NCBI GenBank assembly: GCA_964623335.1
Contig: CAZUST010000003.1
Coordinates: 869-64,868 of the forward strand
Length of the DNA: 64,000 nt
Origin: an uncultured Candidatus Saccharibacteria bacterium
GTDB taxonomy: Bacteria > Patescibacteriota > Minisyncoccia > Minisyncoccales > UBA5738
Direction of reading: 5' to 3'
Shown: in pieces, positions 7,515 through 17,815 of the stretch
Layout of the letters: each line of letters opens with the position of its first letter
Position numbering within the stretch: position 1 is the stretch's first letter
The notes under the pieces: generated by a model
What the model saw: only the letters and a program-made list of their open reading frames with translations
The model's database searches: none
What the model was told of the DNA's origin: nothing
Made by a program: the position numbers and the translations under genes

Positions 7515-10049
7515 CTATTTCAAGGATTTCTCTAATTCTTCAAACAGCTTTATTTGCTCCTGCTGGAGGGAAGCGTTGAAGATGAGGCGGTAATCAAAAT
7601 TCTTGTTGACCGCTTGAAAATCTTTGAAGCCGATTTCTTTGGCAAAAACCTCGTTCGTTAGGGTCTTAATCGTGCCACCATAGGTTTTCTTGTTTGCCTC
7701 GTAATCTGTTTTCTCACTGCCGCTCTTCACTTCAACCACCAAAAACCTGCCCTTCGTGGTTTCAATCAGAAAATCGGGGAAATAGCGGGCATAGCGCTGG
7801 TTTTCTGGGCTCCAATATTCAAAATAGAAATCGTTATGGCTGGCATCGTGCACACCGCCCGTGAAATAAATATCCTTGAGGGCTTCTTTTTTATCCAATA
7901 CCTCCCTCAGATAACGGAAAAGGTCTTTCTCATCGCCGCTGTCAAAATTATAGGGATTTATATGAAAACCAAGCCGCCCCTTGCGGCCTTCCGACTCTTC
8001 ACTTTCACGATATATGACAAGCTTATTTTTCCCCTGCTGGATATTGATTTTGAACGGATAAAGCTTGGTCAATTCAAGCTCCTCTTCAACGATTTCGGTT
8101 TTCTCCTCATACCGATAGACATTTTCAAGAAGCTCCCGTATGACAAACGGGATTAAAGCAGTGCTTTCATTCACCGCCTTAACAAAGGTTTTGCGGTCCT
8201 TACCGCCATCCAAAATAATTTGTTCAATCACGGCGCAAGCAAGATGGGTGTAGCGATTAATAATCTCGGTTATTTCGTAAAAGGTCAGGTCATTCTTTTC
8301 AACAATCTTGCGAGTAACCTTCGCCTCGGTGTAACCCGCCTTGCCGCCTTCGCCGATAAGTATGCCTCCTTCGCCAACGAAATGGAAATAGTCTTCGGGC
8401 TTGAACTTGCCAAAATCAATTTTGATTTCTGCCGCCTTTTTGTTTTGAACCGCCACGATTTCTTTGAGCACTTTTTTCACCTTAATGATTTTGCGCTTCT
8501 CCACCCTTAAAGTGTGTTCAATCAATTTCTGGTCTTGGGAATTTAACTCGCTTATGCTTGAAGAGAAATTGCTCTTCAATTCACGGTCAAGAATTTTGTA
8601 ATTATCCTTGGACAGGAAAATATGCGCTTTCGTTGAGTTATCGCCGATGCTCCGAAGACAGCGAGTAGAAGATTGGAGCACGAAAATTGAGCTGTGCGGT
8701 TTTCGGTAAAGAGCGCACGCCACCAGCGAACGGCAATTCCAGCCCTCGGTCCCCTTCCCCACCAAAAGTACAAACTGCTTCTTGCTCTCCACGGTATCAA
8801 GCTTCAAAAACTCATCCTTGTTCTCTTCGGCCTCGGTGTGATATTCAAGGATTTTATCCAGCGAGACGCCTTTGCTGGCAAGTATCTTTTCAAGCTTGGG
8901 CTTGAGCTCTTTTCTAAGGTCTTCAATACTGGCGGAATATAAAGCGATTTTAGGTAACCTGCCCTCAAGACGGGTTTTATACTCGGTCAAAAATGTCTGC
9001 GCTACCTCCTCCACGAACTGCTCGGATTTTACATCGCCAAAATCCAAAATGCGGACCTGTTTCAATATGCCTTTTTCAATGCCTTCCTTAAGCCCGAAAT
9101 GATAAACCACATCGGCAATCATCACATTGTTCACATACGGCGTGCCCGTGAGATTGATGACCGCCGTGAGCGGCGTGTTTTTGTGCAGATAATCAATCGT
9201 TTGGCGGGTTTTCTTCAAAGTTCCTTCAAGAGTTTTGCCATAGGAATGATGGGCTTCATCCACGAACACGATAAGACCAGAAAGCTGGCGGATTGACTGC
9301 AAGCGGGCGTTTTCAACTTCCCGCCTTTCCAGCTCGTTGGCATCGCCAAAAAGCCGCCGCGTGCCATTGCCGCCGTTGCCGTTGCGGGTTTTCAAAATTA
9401 TCTTCTGGGAATTGGAAACGATGACATTGTAATTGCCGATTGGGGCAAGAGCGGTTTGAGGACTTTCAAGGTAGTGATATTTGATGTTCAAAACAATGTT
9501 CTGGTATTCCTTGGGCAAAACCTTGGTATAATCAAACGTCTTAATCTCCTTGAGGCTTTCAATGATGGTGGTATCGGGAGCAAACACCAAGGCGTTCTTG
9601 GCAAACCGCTCATCCTTGGGATGGTAAAACGACAGCGTGAAATCATAGAGCATCATCGCCGCCATTAAAATGGTTTTGCCCGACCCCATCGTTAAAGCAT
9701 AAACTTGGTTGGCGTAATCGGATGCGCCGAACGCCTCCACCAGCCGCCGCTCAATTTCCTTTTCATTGCCCAGCAAATCAAACGCTTCTGCCCTTGGAAT
9801 ACCAAGGCCAAGCAATAGCTCTCTCTCATTTGGAAATGATGAACGGAAAACTTCCAGCGAGGGCTTGTTGCCCGCTATCTCTTTAAGGTAAACATAGGTT
9901 TCCAACGCCGCAATCTGCGGCTCGTGCAAAAAAGAAACCCGCCTGATTTGGTTAAGGATGTTTAGGGTTTCCTGTTCCGCTCCCCGATAGCCGCCCGCGC
10001 GCCAATCGTTAACCAATTTTTCTATGTGTCGCAAAAATAAACTTTCCAT
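7515..10049 (-). CDS. res: Type III restriction enzyme Res subunit (SF2 helicase plus PD-(D/E)XK nuclease)
   Basis: LTMGSGKT, DEAHH, EGWN, C-terminal YFPDFL...VEVKS. Confidence 0.88.
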   Translation of the reverse strand: MESLFLRHIEKLVNDWRAGGYRGAEQETLNILNQIRRVSFLHEPQIAALETYVYLKEIAGNKPSLEVFRSSFPNERELLLGLGIPRAEAFDLLGNEKEIERRLVEAFGASDYANQVYALTMGSGKTILMAAMMLYDFTLSFYHPKDERFAKNALVFAPDTTIIESLKEIKTFDYTKVLPKEYQNIVLNIKYHYLESPQTALAPIGNYNVIVSNSQKIILKTRNGNGGNGTRRLFGDANELERREVENARLQSIRQLSGLIVFVDEAHHSYGKTLEGTLKKTRQTIDYLHKNTPLTAVINLTGTPYVNNVMIADVVYHFGLKEGIEKGILKQVRILDFGDVKSEQFVEEVAQTFLTEYKTRLEGRLPKIALYSASIEDLRKELKPKLEKILASKGVSLDKILEYHTEAEENKDEFLKLDTVESKKQFVLLVGKGTEGWNCRSLVACALYRKPHSSIFVLQSSTRCLRSIGDNSTKAHIFLSKDNYKILDRELKSNFSSSISELNSQDQKLIEHTLRVEKRKIIKVKKVLKEIVAVQNKKAAEIKIDFGKFKPEDYFHFVGEGGILIGEGGKAGYTEAKVTRKIVEKNDLTFYEITEIINRYTHLACAVIEQIILDGGKDRKTFVKAVNESTALIPFVIRELLENVYRYEEKTEIVEEELELTKLYPFKINIQQGKNKLVIYRESEESEGRKGRLGFHINPYNFDSGDEKDLFRYLREVLDKKEALKDIYFTGGVHDASHNDFYFEYWSPENQRYARYFPDFLIETTKGRFLVVEVKSGSEKTDYEANKKTYGGTIKTLTNEVFAKEIGFKDFQAVNKNFDYRLIFNASLQQEQIKLFEELEKSLK

Positions 10050-10051
10050 AG

Positions 10052-11878
10052 TTAAGCGGTTACATCAAAAGTTTCAAAGTATTCTTCGCCCAAAACATCA
10101 ACAACCTTTACCGCCACGGTGTAACTGCCCTTCTTTTTGTAATCCCAAGAATACTGGGATTTGATAACTTCTTTTTTATCGGGTATATCCATAATCTCGG
10201 CGTTGAAAAGCTTGCCGTTGTAATCCACATCAATCACCACGCTGTCAACGATTTGCTTGAAATCTTCCACCTTCGCTTGCTGGTCTTTTTTGAGCGTCTT
10301 TTCGTTTTCAATCTGCAATTTGCGCATCAAAATGGGCGAGAAAAATTCCTTGAGCTCAACGGACAGCTTGCCGCCCTTGGCCGCCACCTTGATTTTTGCC
10401 TCTGGCTTCTGCTTGAAGATAAGATTTTTCTTGTCGGTCAAAATATCCCGCACATCAATTTTCACCCCCGTTTTGTTTTCCTTTTTAATGAAATCCCAAA
10501 CGTCCAGCTCCATTCCCGAACAAATAATCAAAACGCTTTCTTCATAAACAGGTTCGCCCGACTTGGAATTTGTTTTTACCGTGAAACCGTCAATTTTGTC
10601 GTTGATATTTTTGAGCAAAGTGCGCACGTCCATCTTGTTCAAAACCCGATTGAGCGGCATCACTTTCACAAAATTCTTATCCAGCCTGCCGTCAAAATAA
10701 GTGCGCTTAATCGGCTCCACGCCATACATCTCCATCACGATTTCTTTGGCTTCAAGCTCGTTTTTGAAAACATCGTAATCGTTCACGTTAAGAACCTTAA
10801 ACGCCAACGTTCCCTTGAAACCCTTTTCAATCTTCTTGTCTTTGCGCTGGTCTTCAATGATTTGATTAAGCCGCTTAGTTGTTGTTTGGATTGCGCCCAA
10901 GTTTATATCGCACCCAATCCACCGCCGCCCCAACTTCTGCGCTACAGCGCAAGTTGTCCCCGAACCAACAAAAAAATCAGCTACCAAGTCATCTTCGTTG
11001 GAAGATGCCTTTATTATTCTCTCAATTAACTTTTCTGGTTTTTGTGTTGGATATTCTGTCCTTACTGAAGCAGAGCTGGTTTCAATGCTCATTCTCCAAA
11101 CATCATCAAGGGCATTTCCTTTTTCTAACACATCATCCAAATATCTTTTATATGCTTTTGATGCACCCCCCGATGCATCCTGCCAAATAAATTCTTTTCC
11201 GGCTTCATCGGTATAAATTGCCTGTTTTTTTGCCTTAATAAAACTTTCCTTAGTCCAAGGAATGGAAATATCCGCTAATTTTGCTTTTGAATTTTTTGCA
11301 TACAACAAAATGGTATCGTGTTTGGCATTATATTTAGTTTCAAGATGCATTGACCTGCCAGGGTAATGCCATATTATTTCATTCCGAAAATTTTCTAACC
11401 CAAATATCTCATCCATAATCAGCCTAAGATATGAGTTCTTGTGCCAATCGCAATGTAAATATATAAATCCCTTATCAGATAAAAGTTCTCGCATTAACAA
11501 AAGCCGCTCATACATAAATTGCAAATACTCATCCTTTTCCCAGATGTCAGAATACTGTTTTTCTTCCAGCAAACCCTGCCGTTGCCCCTCAATCGGTTCA
11601 TTCCGTAATTTAACCTTGCGCACGTAATCCGCCTTGCTATCAAACGGCGGGTCAATGTAAATCAAATCAACCGCCCCCCGATATTCCTTGAGCAGATGCG
11701 AAAGCACTTGGAGGTTATCGCCCCAAAACAGCTTGTTAAAATCCTTTGCGCTCAAATCGCCGTAAACTTCTTTTTCTTGGGCGGGATAATATTCAACGCT
11801 TTCCAGCGGATGCTTGCCCACCCATTGTAAAAGGGGCCTCCCTTTCGCCTGTTCAATTTTTTGGATTTCTTTTGCCAT
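10052..11878 (-). CDS. mod: Type III R-M Mod subunit, amino-methyltransferase (beta class)
   Basis: GDNL, IYIDPPF, YPTQKPE, DFFVGSGTT, C-terminal VAVKVVDVLGEE. Confidence 0.9.
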   Translation of the reverse strand: MAKEIQKIEQAKGRPLLQWVGKHPLESVEYYPAQEKEVYGDLSAKDFNKLFWGDNLQVLSHLLKEYRGAVDLIYIDPPFDSKADYVRKVKLRNEPIEGQRQGLLEEKQYSDIWEKDEYLQFMYERLLLMRELLSDKGFIYLHCDWHKNSYLRLIMDEIFGLENFRNEIIWHYPGRSMHLETKYNAKHDTILLYAKNSKAKLADISIPWTKESFIKAKKQAIYTDEAGKEFIWQDASGGASKAYKRYLDDVLEKGNALDDVWRMSIETSSASVRTEYPTQKPEKLIERIIKASSNEDDLVADFFVGSGTTCAVAQKLGRRWIGCDINLGAIQTTTKRLNQIIEDQRKDKKIEKGFKGTLAFKVLNVNDYDVFKNELEAKEIVMEMYGVEPIKRTYFDGRLDKNFVKVMPLNRVLNKMDVRTLLKNINDKIDGFTVKTNSKSGEPVYEESVLIICSGMELDVWDFIKKENKTGVKIDVRDILTDKKNLIFKQKPEAKIKVAAKGGKLSVELKEFFSPILMRKLQIENEKTLKKDQQAKVEDFKQIVDSVVIDVDYNGKLFNAEIMDIPDKKEVIKSQYSWDYKKKGSYTVAVKVVDVLGEEYFETFDVTA

Positions 11879-11902
11879 TGTAATTGTAATTTATTTTGCG
11901 CC

Positions 11903-12103
11903 CTACTTGCTTGATTGCAAAAATTTAAGAAGGTCATCCTTGCGGTAACGCCGCACCCGCTTGGTCCCAATGCGGATGGCGGGCAAAATACCCTTTGCAT
12001 CCCACTGGCGAAGCGTGTTCGGATGGACCTTAAGCAAATCGCACGCCTCCTGCAAGGTTAAAAGTTCGGGCATCTCCTGCTTTTCTTGTTTTTCGTTAAC
12101 CAT
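11903..12103 (-). CDS. MerR/excisionase-like HTH DNA-binding protein
   Basis: LLTLQEACDLLKVHPNTLRQWD.KG...RRYR. Confidence 0.85.
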   Translation of the reverse strand: MVNEKQEKQEMPELLTLQEACDLLKVHPNTLRQWDAKGILPAIRIGTKRVRRYRKDDLLKFLQSSK

Positions 12104-12203
12104 TGATTTTTAGCTACCTTTTGATACTATTTCATAATACAACGCCGCACGGATTTCGGCAAAAACCGCTCCCCAACGGGAGCGTAATTACTATTACAAT
12201 AAT

Positions 12204-13460
12204 ATGGCCAGAGAATACTCGGAAGAGGGTTTTCTTCAGGAAATAGACGACTACTCGCTTGTAGCCAAATACTTTACCGCCAACAGTATCACTGGCTTTT
12301 CATATAATGCGGGCCGTCCGCAAAACAGCGACCAAACGGTTGCCGCAATTAGGGCGGTTATGAACGGACAACCCGACTCTAAAAAACGGGCGATTGAAAA
12401 CGATTTCCAGCGCATAAATAATATGGCGAACGAAAAAGGTTCGCTGAACCTGTTGAGCGAAGCGGCGGACAGAAACCTTGTTTTGCCGATGGCACAAATA
12501 TCGCAAATGAACGTCTATGATAAAGCGTTTTGGTTTTTTATCAATCATCCCGAAGCGTTTGACCAAGCGGATGCGGTCCAACAATTCCTTGACCTGAACG
12601 GCTGGAAACGAACCCCCGCCCCCACTGCTACAATACAATCCGTTTTGGGAAAGAAGAACCAGCTTGAAACTGCATTGAAAAACTATTTCCTCCAAAAAGA
12701 AACCAAGGGCAACTACGGCTCGGTTGAGATGTATCCTAAGGGAAATAACGTTTATGTAGTCGCCCGCTTGACCGACCACGCCGAAGCCAAATTTGTGCCC
12801 GATGAAAGCACAAGTAAGATTGTTAAAAACGGAACTCACCGCCCAATTTTTGAAGTCTATTATCTCTATCGGCGTATTGAAAATGAAGAAGGCAGTGAGT
12901 TGGAAATCAAAGCAAAGGGTGGATGGCAAAAGCAACAAGAACTGCTGGGCGTATTCCTGAAAGCGGTATTTGATGTTGAGTTTGACGACACCCGCCAAAC
13001 TTTTAATCTTGATTTGATAAAAGACCCGAGTTTTAACCTCATAACCGAGGCAAGCGACCAAGTTGAATGGTGGTATTTGAAAGCGGTTGAAATGTCCACC
13101 CCCGACAGAAAATCAAACATCAGGGTAAGCTTGAGGGACGATACGATGCGTGAAACCCGTGCGATGTGGAACCAGCTAACCCGCCTTAACCTCGCCGCCC
13201 AGATGAACAATATGGTTATCAATCGGGTTGATATGAAAATCAAATATACCCCAATCCGACCTCGCCAAAAAGGAACCGTTACTTTCAGTATCAACTGGAA
13301 AGATAGCTGTTCCCTGAACGGAACGGATGAACTCCATATCCGAACCCGCAAAATCCTTAAAAAATCACACCTTGACTGTGGCTTTAATAATCCAACTGCT
13401 CAACAATCTGGCAACCCTACCCCCCGTATCTTTGCCCAACAAGGAATTTCAGGCCAATAA
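12204..13460 (+). CDS. Hypothetical protein (418 aa)
   Basis: Long ORF with globular composition; no recognised motif. Confidence 0.8.
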   Translation: MAREYSEEGFLQEIDDYSLVAKYFTANSITGFSYNAGRPQNSDQTVAAIRAVMNGQPDSKKRAIENDFQRINNMANEKGSLNLLSEAADRNLVLPMAQISQMNVYDKAFWFFINHPEAFDQADAVQQFLDLNGWKRTPAPTATIQSVLGKKNQLETALKNYFLQKETKGNYGSVEMYPKGNNVYVVARLTDHAEAKFVPDESTSKIVKNGTHRPIFEVYYLYRRIENEEGSELEIKAKGGWQKQQELLGVFLKAVFDVEFDDTRQTFNLDLIKDPSFNLITEASDQVEWWYLKAVEMSTPDRKSNIRVSLRDDTMRETRAMWNQLTRLNLAAQMNNMVINRVDMKIKYTPIRPRQKGTVTFSINWKDSCSLNGTDELHIRTRKILKKSHLDCGFNNPTAQQSGNPTPRIFAQQGISGQ

Positions 13461-14343
13461 AGAAGAAGCTGAAATCCTCCTTTCCCTTGGCATCTTGCGG
13501 GTTGCAAGCGATACGAAGCAAAGACTTTGCCCCACCTGCGGCAATGAGTTTTTGGATGCGCACTTCGTTAATGATACAAAAGCCTTCACCCAATGCGAAC
13601 AACGCGAAGATGCGGGCCGTGATTATTTCAATCCGCAAGAACTGAAGCAATGGGATTTTGACACCCCCCGTTTTCTCTCCTTGTTCCAACAAGGAATGGG
13701 AATTGCAAACCCCACCGTCAATGAAAATATCACCAATTTATTGTGGAATTTTAATAGCCAAGAAATAAACGGCTCAAACTATCATCTTTTTTTCGCCAGC
13801 AACATAAACGCGCTTGATAGCGCAAAGTTAACGATTGTTACCAGTCTCCCCCAGTGTGCCGTTTTTTATACTGGGACACCTCAAATTGCTCTCCCCGATA
13901 AAGTGCTTTTGATACCCGTGGCCGAAATGATAGCCAATATAACGACAAGCGGCATTGAGCTGAAAGAAACGCTCATCAAACAATTTTTCCCAAGCAGAGT
14001 TCATCTGATGAGCGCAAATGGAATAGAGTTAGATAATAATATTGTGGTTCAGGATGACACTATCCTTTATTCGCCCGTCCGTGGCGGCGTTTTCAAGCAA
14101 CGTTCCCGAATAAGACCCCTCGCCACACGAATAATTGAGCATCTTTACCAAATAAGAAATTACCAAGATAATTACCGAACCCTAACCCAGTTGGCCGATG
14201 ACCTTGGTAGTAGCAAGGTATCAATATCCAACGAGCTTGATAGAGTAAATAAGCTTTGCAAAGCAAGAGGGATTGAACCCATCCTATACAACTTTGGCCG
14301 CGGTAGATGGAGTATCAACCCCACACTTGGCTGTTGCCGTTAA
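13327..14343 (+). CDS. Hypothetical protein with CxxC zinc site and C-terminal winged-HTH-like segment
   Basis: CPTCG...H...C; TLTQLADDLGSSKVSISNEL; start uncertain (GTG 13378 possible). Confidence 0.75.
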   Translation: MNSISEPAKSLKNHTLTVALIIQLLNNLATLPPVSLPNKEFQANKEEAEILLSLGILRVASDTKQRLCPTCGNEFLDAHFVNDTKAFTQCEQREDAGRDYFNPQELKQWDFDTPRFLSLFQQGMGIANPTVNENITNLLWNFNSQEINGSNYHLFFASNINALDSAKLTIVTSLPQCAVFYTGTPQIALPDKVLLIPVAEMIANITTSGIELKETLIKQFFPSRVHLMSANGIELDNNIVVQDDTILYSPVRGGVFKQRSRIRPLATRIIEHLYQIRNYQDNYRTLTQLADDLGSSKVSISNELDRVNKLCKARGIEPILYNFGRGRWSINPTLGCCR

Positions 14344-14392
14344 TTCACCAAAACATTCACTAACCACATAATAATTGTGGATTAGTAACACC

Positions 14393-14425
14393 AAAAACCC
14401 CGATTTAAGAGGGGTTTTTGTTTTG
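14393..14425 (+). terminator. Intrinsic terminator
   Basis: AAAAACCCC-loop-GGGGTTTTTGTTTT after the 12204-14343 pair. Confidence 0.7.
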
Positions 14426-14520
14426 TTCGGTTGAGATTTGACAACCCTTGGCGGTGAAAGCCACCACCAAATTAACAGTAAAGCTTTGGCCAAAAGCTCA
14501 AATAATTAAACACCATTACT

Positions 14521-14799
14521 ATGGCAAAAAAAATTGAAGACGTAGAATTTGTCCCCTTAAAGGACAGCCCGTCAGTGTTCAGCACTTACGACCTCGGATG
14601 CTCCGCCGCACTTTTGTGCGCTGGTTTTGAGTTGCTATCGCTCAATAAAGAAAATCCCTACAAATCATTGTTTATCTTCAAACGTGAAGACGGGATTGAG
14701 GAGGTTGTTGATGATTACTGGTCCGACAGGTTGGAGGTAAAAGCTCGCTCATTTTTTGACGCAATAAAAGCCCTCAAAAACAGGCTGTATTCCAAGTAA
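14521..14799 (+). CDS. DUF5659-like small protein
   Basis: FSTYDLGCSAALL..GFEL...F.F...YW...V....F...K.LK..LY pattern (recalled). Confidence 0.7.
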   Translation: MAKKIEDVEFVPLKDSPSVFSTYDLGCSAALLCAGFELLSLNKENPYKSLFIFKREDGIEEVVDDYWSDRLEVKARSFFDAIKALKNRLYSK

Positions 14800-14803
14800 C
14801 CCT

Positions 14804-15004
14804 ATGGTCCTCTCTGATAAAAACATCTCCGACTTCCAAGAGCTTTACCGAAAGCATTTTGGAAAGGAAATCGGCAAACAAGAAGCCTACGAGAAAGGCA
14901 TCAAGCTCGTTCGCCTGATGTCGCTCGTTTACAAGCCGATAACCCAAGCAGAGCGGGACCGCGTTGAAACACTCCGCAAAGCAAGCGGAAAAGATAACCA
15001 ATAA
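14804..15004 (+). CDS. Small hypothetical protein
   Basis: 66-aa ORF tightly packed between co-oriented genes. Confidence 0.7.
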   Translation: MVLSDKNISDFQELYRKHFGKEIGKQEAYEKGIKLVRLMSLVYKPITQAERDRVETLRKASGKDNQ

Positions 15005-15016
15005 CAATTACACACT

Positions 15017-17194
15017 ATGGCTCAAGATAACATTACCATTCAAGAATATCTCACGAAAAAAGGTATCCCGTTCAGGGTGAGCGGCAAAGAGCTTATCGCC
15101 GCCTGCCTCTTTGGCGACTGCGACAAGAACAGCCAAAACGGAGAAGCGCATCTTTACTTTGACAGTGAAACGGGACAATACGACTGCAAAAAATGCGGCG
15201 CAAAAGGCAACCTCATAACCCTCGCCACGCATCTCGGAGACGGGATGCAAGAGATTGCCCGCAATCCCATAACGCCTCCGAAAAATCCACGAAAATCCAC
15301 GAATTTTGACCCCCAGATGGTTGAAACTTGCCATTCGGCACTTCCAGCCGCCATTCGCCAATACCTCAACACCAGAGGCATTTCTGATGCCGTGATTGAG
15401 GCTTACAAGCTGGGCTACGGTAACTTTTACCGCCAACCGTGGATTACCGTTCCCATTAAAGATAATCTGGGCAATTATTCCTTTTTCAAACTGCGCCAAG
15501 ACCCAACCTTCGGAAACGAAAAAATGACTTTCCCAAAAGGCATCCAAGCCCAGCTCTACGACTGGGAAACCGCCCAAGCCAGCGGCGAAACCATTGTTAT
15601 CTGCGAGGGCGAAATGGACCGCCTGCTTTTAGCATCAAAAGGGATAACCGCCATCACCTCCACTCACGGAGCGGGAACCTTCAAAGAAGAATGGGCAAAA
15701 GAGGTTATCGGAAAATATCGGAAAATTTACGTATGTTTTGATAATGACGAAGCGGGACAAAAGGGAGCGCAACGAGTGGTAAAAATGATGGAAAACGATG
15801 GAAATTGCGAGGCCTTCATTACCAACCTGCCGCCAGAAGTTGGCGAAAAAGGCGACATTACCGATTACTTCATAAAACTCAACGGCTCGGTTGACGACCT
15901 GTTCAACAAATATGCCAAACCTTACCCAGAAAAAATTGACGTTTCGCAATTCGCTCCCCTAACGGCAGACCAGCTTGCGGAAACGCTCGGCCTTACCATC
16001 AAACAGGATAAGGAAAACAAACTTGCCACTTTTCTTTGCGAGTTGACCGCTTACTCGGAAAACGCCCAATTCAATATCAGCTACAATGCCCCATCTTCCA
16101 CGGGTAAAAGCTACATCCCTACGGAAATTGCAAAGCTTTTCCCGCAAGAAGACGTGATGGAAATTGCTTATTGCAGTCCCACCGCTTTTTTCCACGATGT
16201 GGGTGAATTTGATAAGGCGCGGGGCGGTTATTTGGTTGACCTATCCCACAAGATACTCATTTTTCTTGACCAACCGCACAACGAACTGCTCGCCCGTTTG
16301 CGCCCGCTCCTTTCCCACGACAAAAAAGAAATCACACTCAAAATTACCGACAAATCGCAAAAGTTCGGATTGAAAACGAAAACCATTCTTTTGCGAGGTT
16401 ATCCAGCCGTTATCTTCTGCACGGCGGGGCTTCGGATTGATGAACAAGAGGCCACCCGCTTTCTTCTGCTCTCTCCCGAAGTAAACCAAGACAAAATCCA
16501 GCAAGGCATCAGTGCCACAATCCGAAAAGAAGCCGACAATGATGAATATGCCGACTGGCTTGATGAAAACCCCGACCGAGTGCTTCTCAAAGAGCGTATC
16601 CGTGCGATTAAGCTGGAAAATATCAAAGAAATAAAAATCACCTCCCAAGACCGCATCAAAGAAAAATTCTTTGGGGACAATAAAACCTTGAAGCCTCGGC
16701 ATCAGCGGGATGTCAGGCGGCTTCTCGCCCTCATCAAATCGCTTGCCCTGCTCAATCTATTTTGGCGTGAACGGAACGGCTCCACAATCACGGCAAATGA
16801 TGACGATATTGATGAGGGATTTAGGCTCTGGGATAGAATATCCGTGAGCCAAGAGCTTAATCTGCCGCCCTATATCTATAACCTTTATCAAGAAATAATC
16901 TTGCCACTGTGGCAAGAAAAAAACGCCACCAGCGAAGAATTAGGCACACACACGGGAGTTATCGGCATAACCCGCCAAGAAGTGCTTGAAAGGCATTTTG
17001 GGGTCTATGGAAGGATGCTGGACTGCCACCAACTGCGGCAACAAATACTGCCGATGCTGGAAACGGCGGGCCTCATCGTCCAAGAACAAGACCAAAACGA
17101 CAAGCGGAAAATCCTTATCTTTCCCGCCTCACTGCGCCAATTATCGGGCAACCAAACAAATAGTGAAACCGAGAGTGGGGTAAATACCAATTAA
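15017..17194 (+). CDS. Primase-helicase (zinc finger, TOPRIM and P-loop ATPase)
   Basis: C..H..CxxC; YLNTRGI; ICEGEMD; CFDNDEAG; GDITDY; APSSTGKS; FLDQ. Confidence 0.88.
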   Translation: MAQDNITIQEYLTKKGIPFRVSGKELIAACLFGDCDKNSQNGEAHLYFDSETGQYDCKKCGAKGNLITLATHLGDGMQEIARNPITPPKNPRKSTNFDPQMVETCHSALPAAIRQYLNTRGISDAVIEAYKLGYGNFYRQPWITVPIKDNLGNYSFFKLRQDPTFGNEKMTFPKGIQAQLYDWETAQASGETIVICEGEMDRLLLASKGITAITSTHGAGTFKEEWAKEVIGKYRKIYVCFDNDEAGQKGAQRVVKMMENDGNCEAFITNLPPEVGEKGDITDYFIKLNGSVDDLFNKYAKPYPEKIDVSQFAPLTADQLAETLGLTIKQDKENKLATFLCELTAYSENAQFNISYNAPSSTGKSYIPTEIAKLFPQEDVMEIAYCSPTAFFHDVGEFDKARGGYLVDLSHKILIFLDQPHNELLARLRPLLSHDKKEITLKITDKSQKFGLKTKTILLRGYPAVIFCTAGLRIDEQEATRFLLLSPEVNQDKIQQGISATIRKEADNDEYADWLDENPDRVLLKERIRAIKLENIKEIKITSQDRIKEKFFGDNKTLKPRHQRDVRRLLALIKSLALLNLFWRERNGSTITANDDDIDEGFRLWDRISVSQELNLPPYIYNLYQEIILPLWQEKNATSEELGTHTGVIGITRQEVLERHFGVYGRMLDCHQLRQQILPMLETAGLIVQEQDQNDKRKILIFPASLRQLSGNQTNSETESGVNTN

Positions 17195-17204
17195 CTAAAA
17201 AACT

Positions 17205-17726
17205 ATGGAAGGAATATCTCAAAAGCAAATTGAAGCTAACCGCCAAAACGCCAAACTCGGCGGCGTTAAAACCGAGGAGGGCAAGGCGGTAAGCAGATAC
17301 AATGCGATAAAGCACGGCCTATTGAGCAAAGAAGTTTTGCTTGAGGGCGAAGACGAGGCAACACTTTTGGAAATCGGCAAACGATTGAGAACAGAATTAA
17401 CACCGCAAACAGAGTTTGAACTGGTGCTCGTTGATAGGATAACCGCCAATGTTTGGCGATTAAGGCGAGTTATGCAAATTGAACGGGAAATGATTGATGA
17501 TGACAGGAAGAATACTTATGATGGTGGAATAAAAACGCTCGGAGAAGCCTTAAGTTACGACTTTTCCAATAATGACACTTATGGAAAACTAATTCGCTAC
17601 GAAAGCAGTATTGAGCGGGGTATTTATAAAGCCCTACACGAGTTGCAACGACTTCAAGCAAGACGCAATGGCGAAAAAATACCACTCCCCGTTGCCATTG
17701 ACGTTGATGTTGACGAAAAAGAATGA
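17205..17726 (+). CDS. Hypothetical protein
   Basis: ANRQNAKLGGVKTEEGKAVSRYNAIKHGL motif typical of mobile-element proteins. Confidence 0.75.
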   Translation: MEGISQKQIEANRQNAKLGGVKTEEGKAVSRYNAIKHGLLSKEVLLEGEDEATLLEIGKRLRTELTPQTEFELVLVDRITANVWRLRRVMQIEREMIDDDRKNTYDGGIKTLGEALSYDFSNNDTYGKLIRYESSIERGIYKALHELQRLQARRNGEKIPLPVAIDVDVDEKE

Positions 17727-17815
17727 TTGGGTTCGTTTCGTAAAAATATGGTGGAAAATGACGGATAAAATAGGGGTTTCCTTAATGATTTCGGCAATAA
17801 AATTAAGAAAAAATT

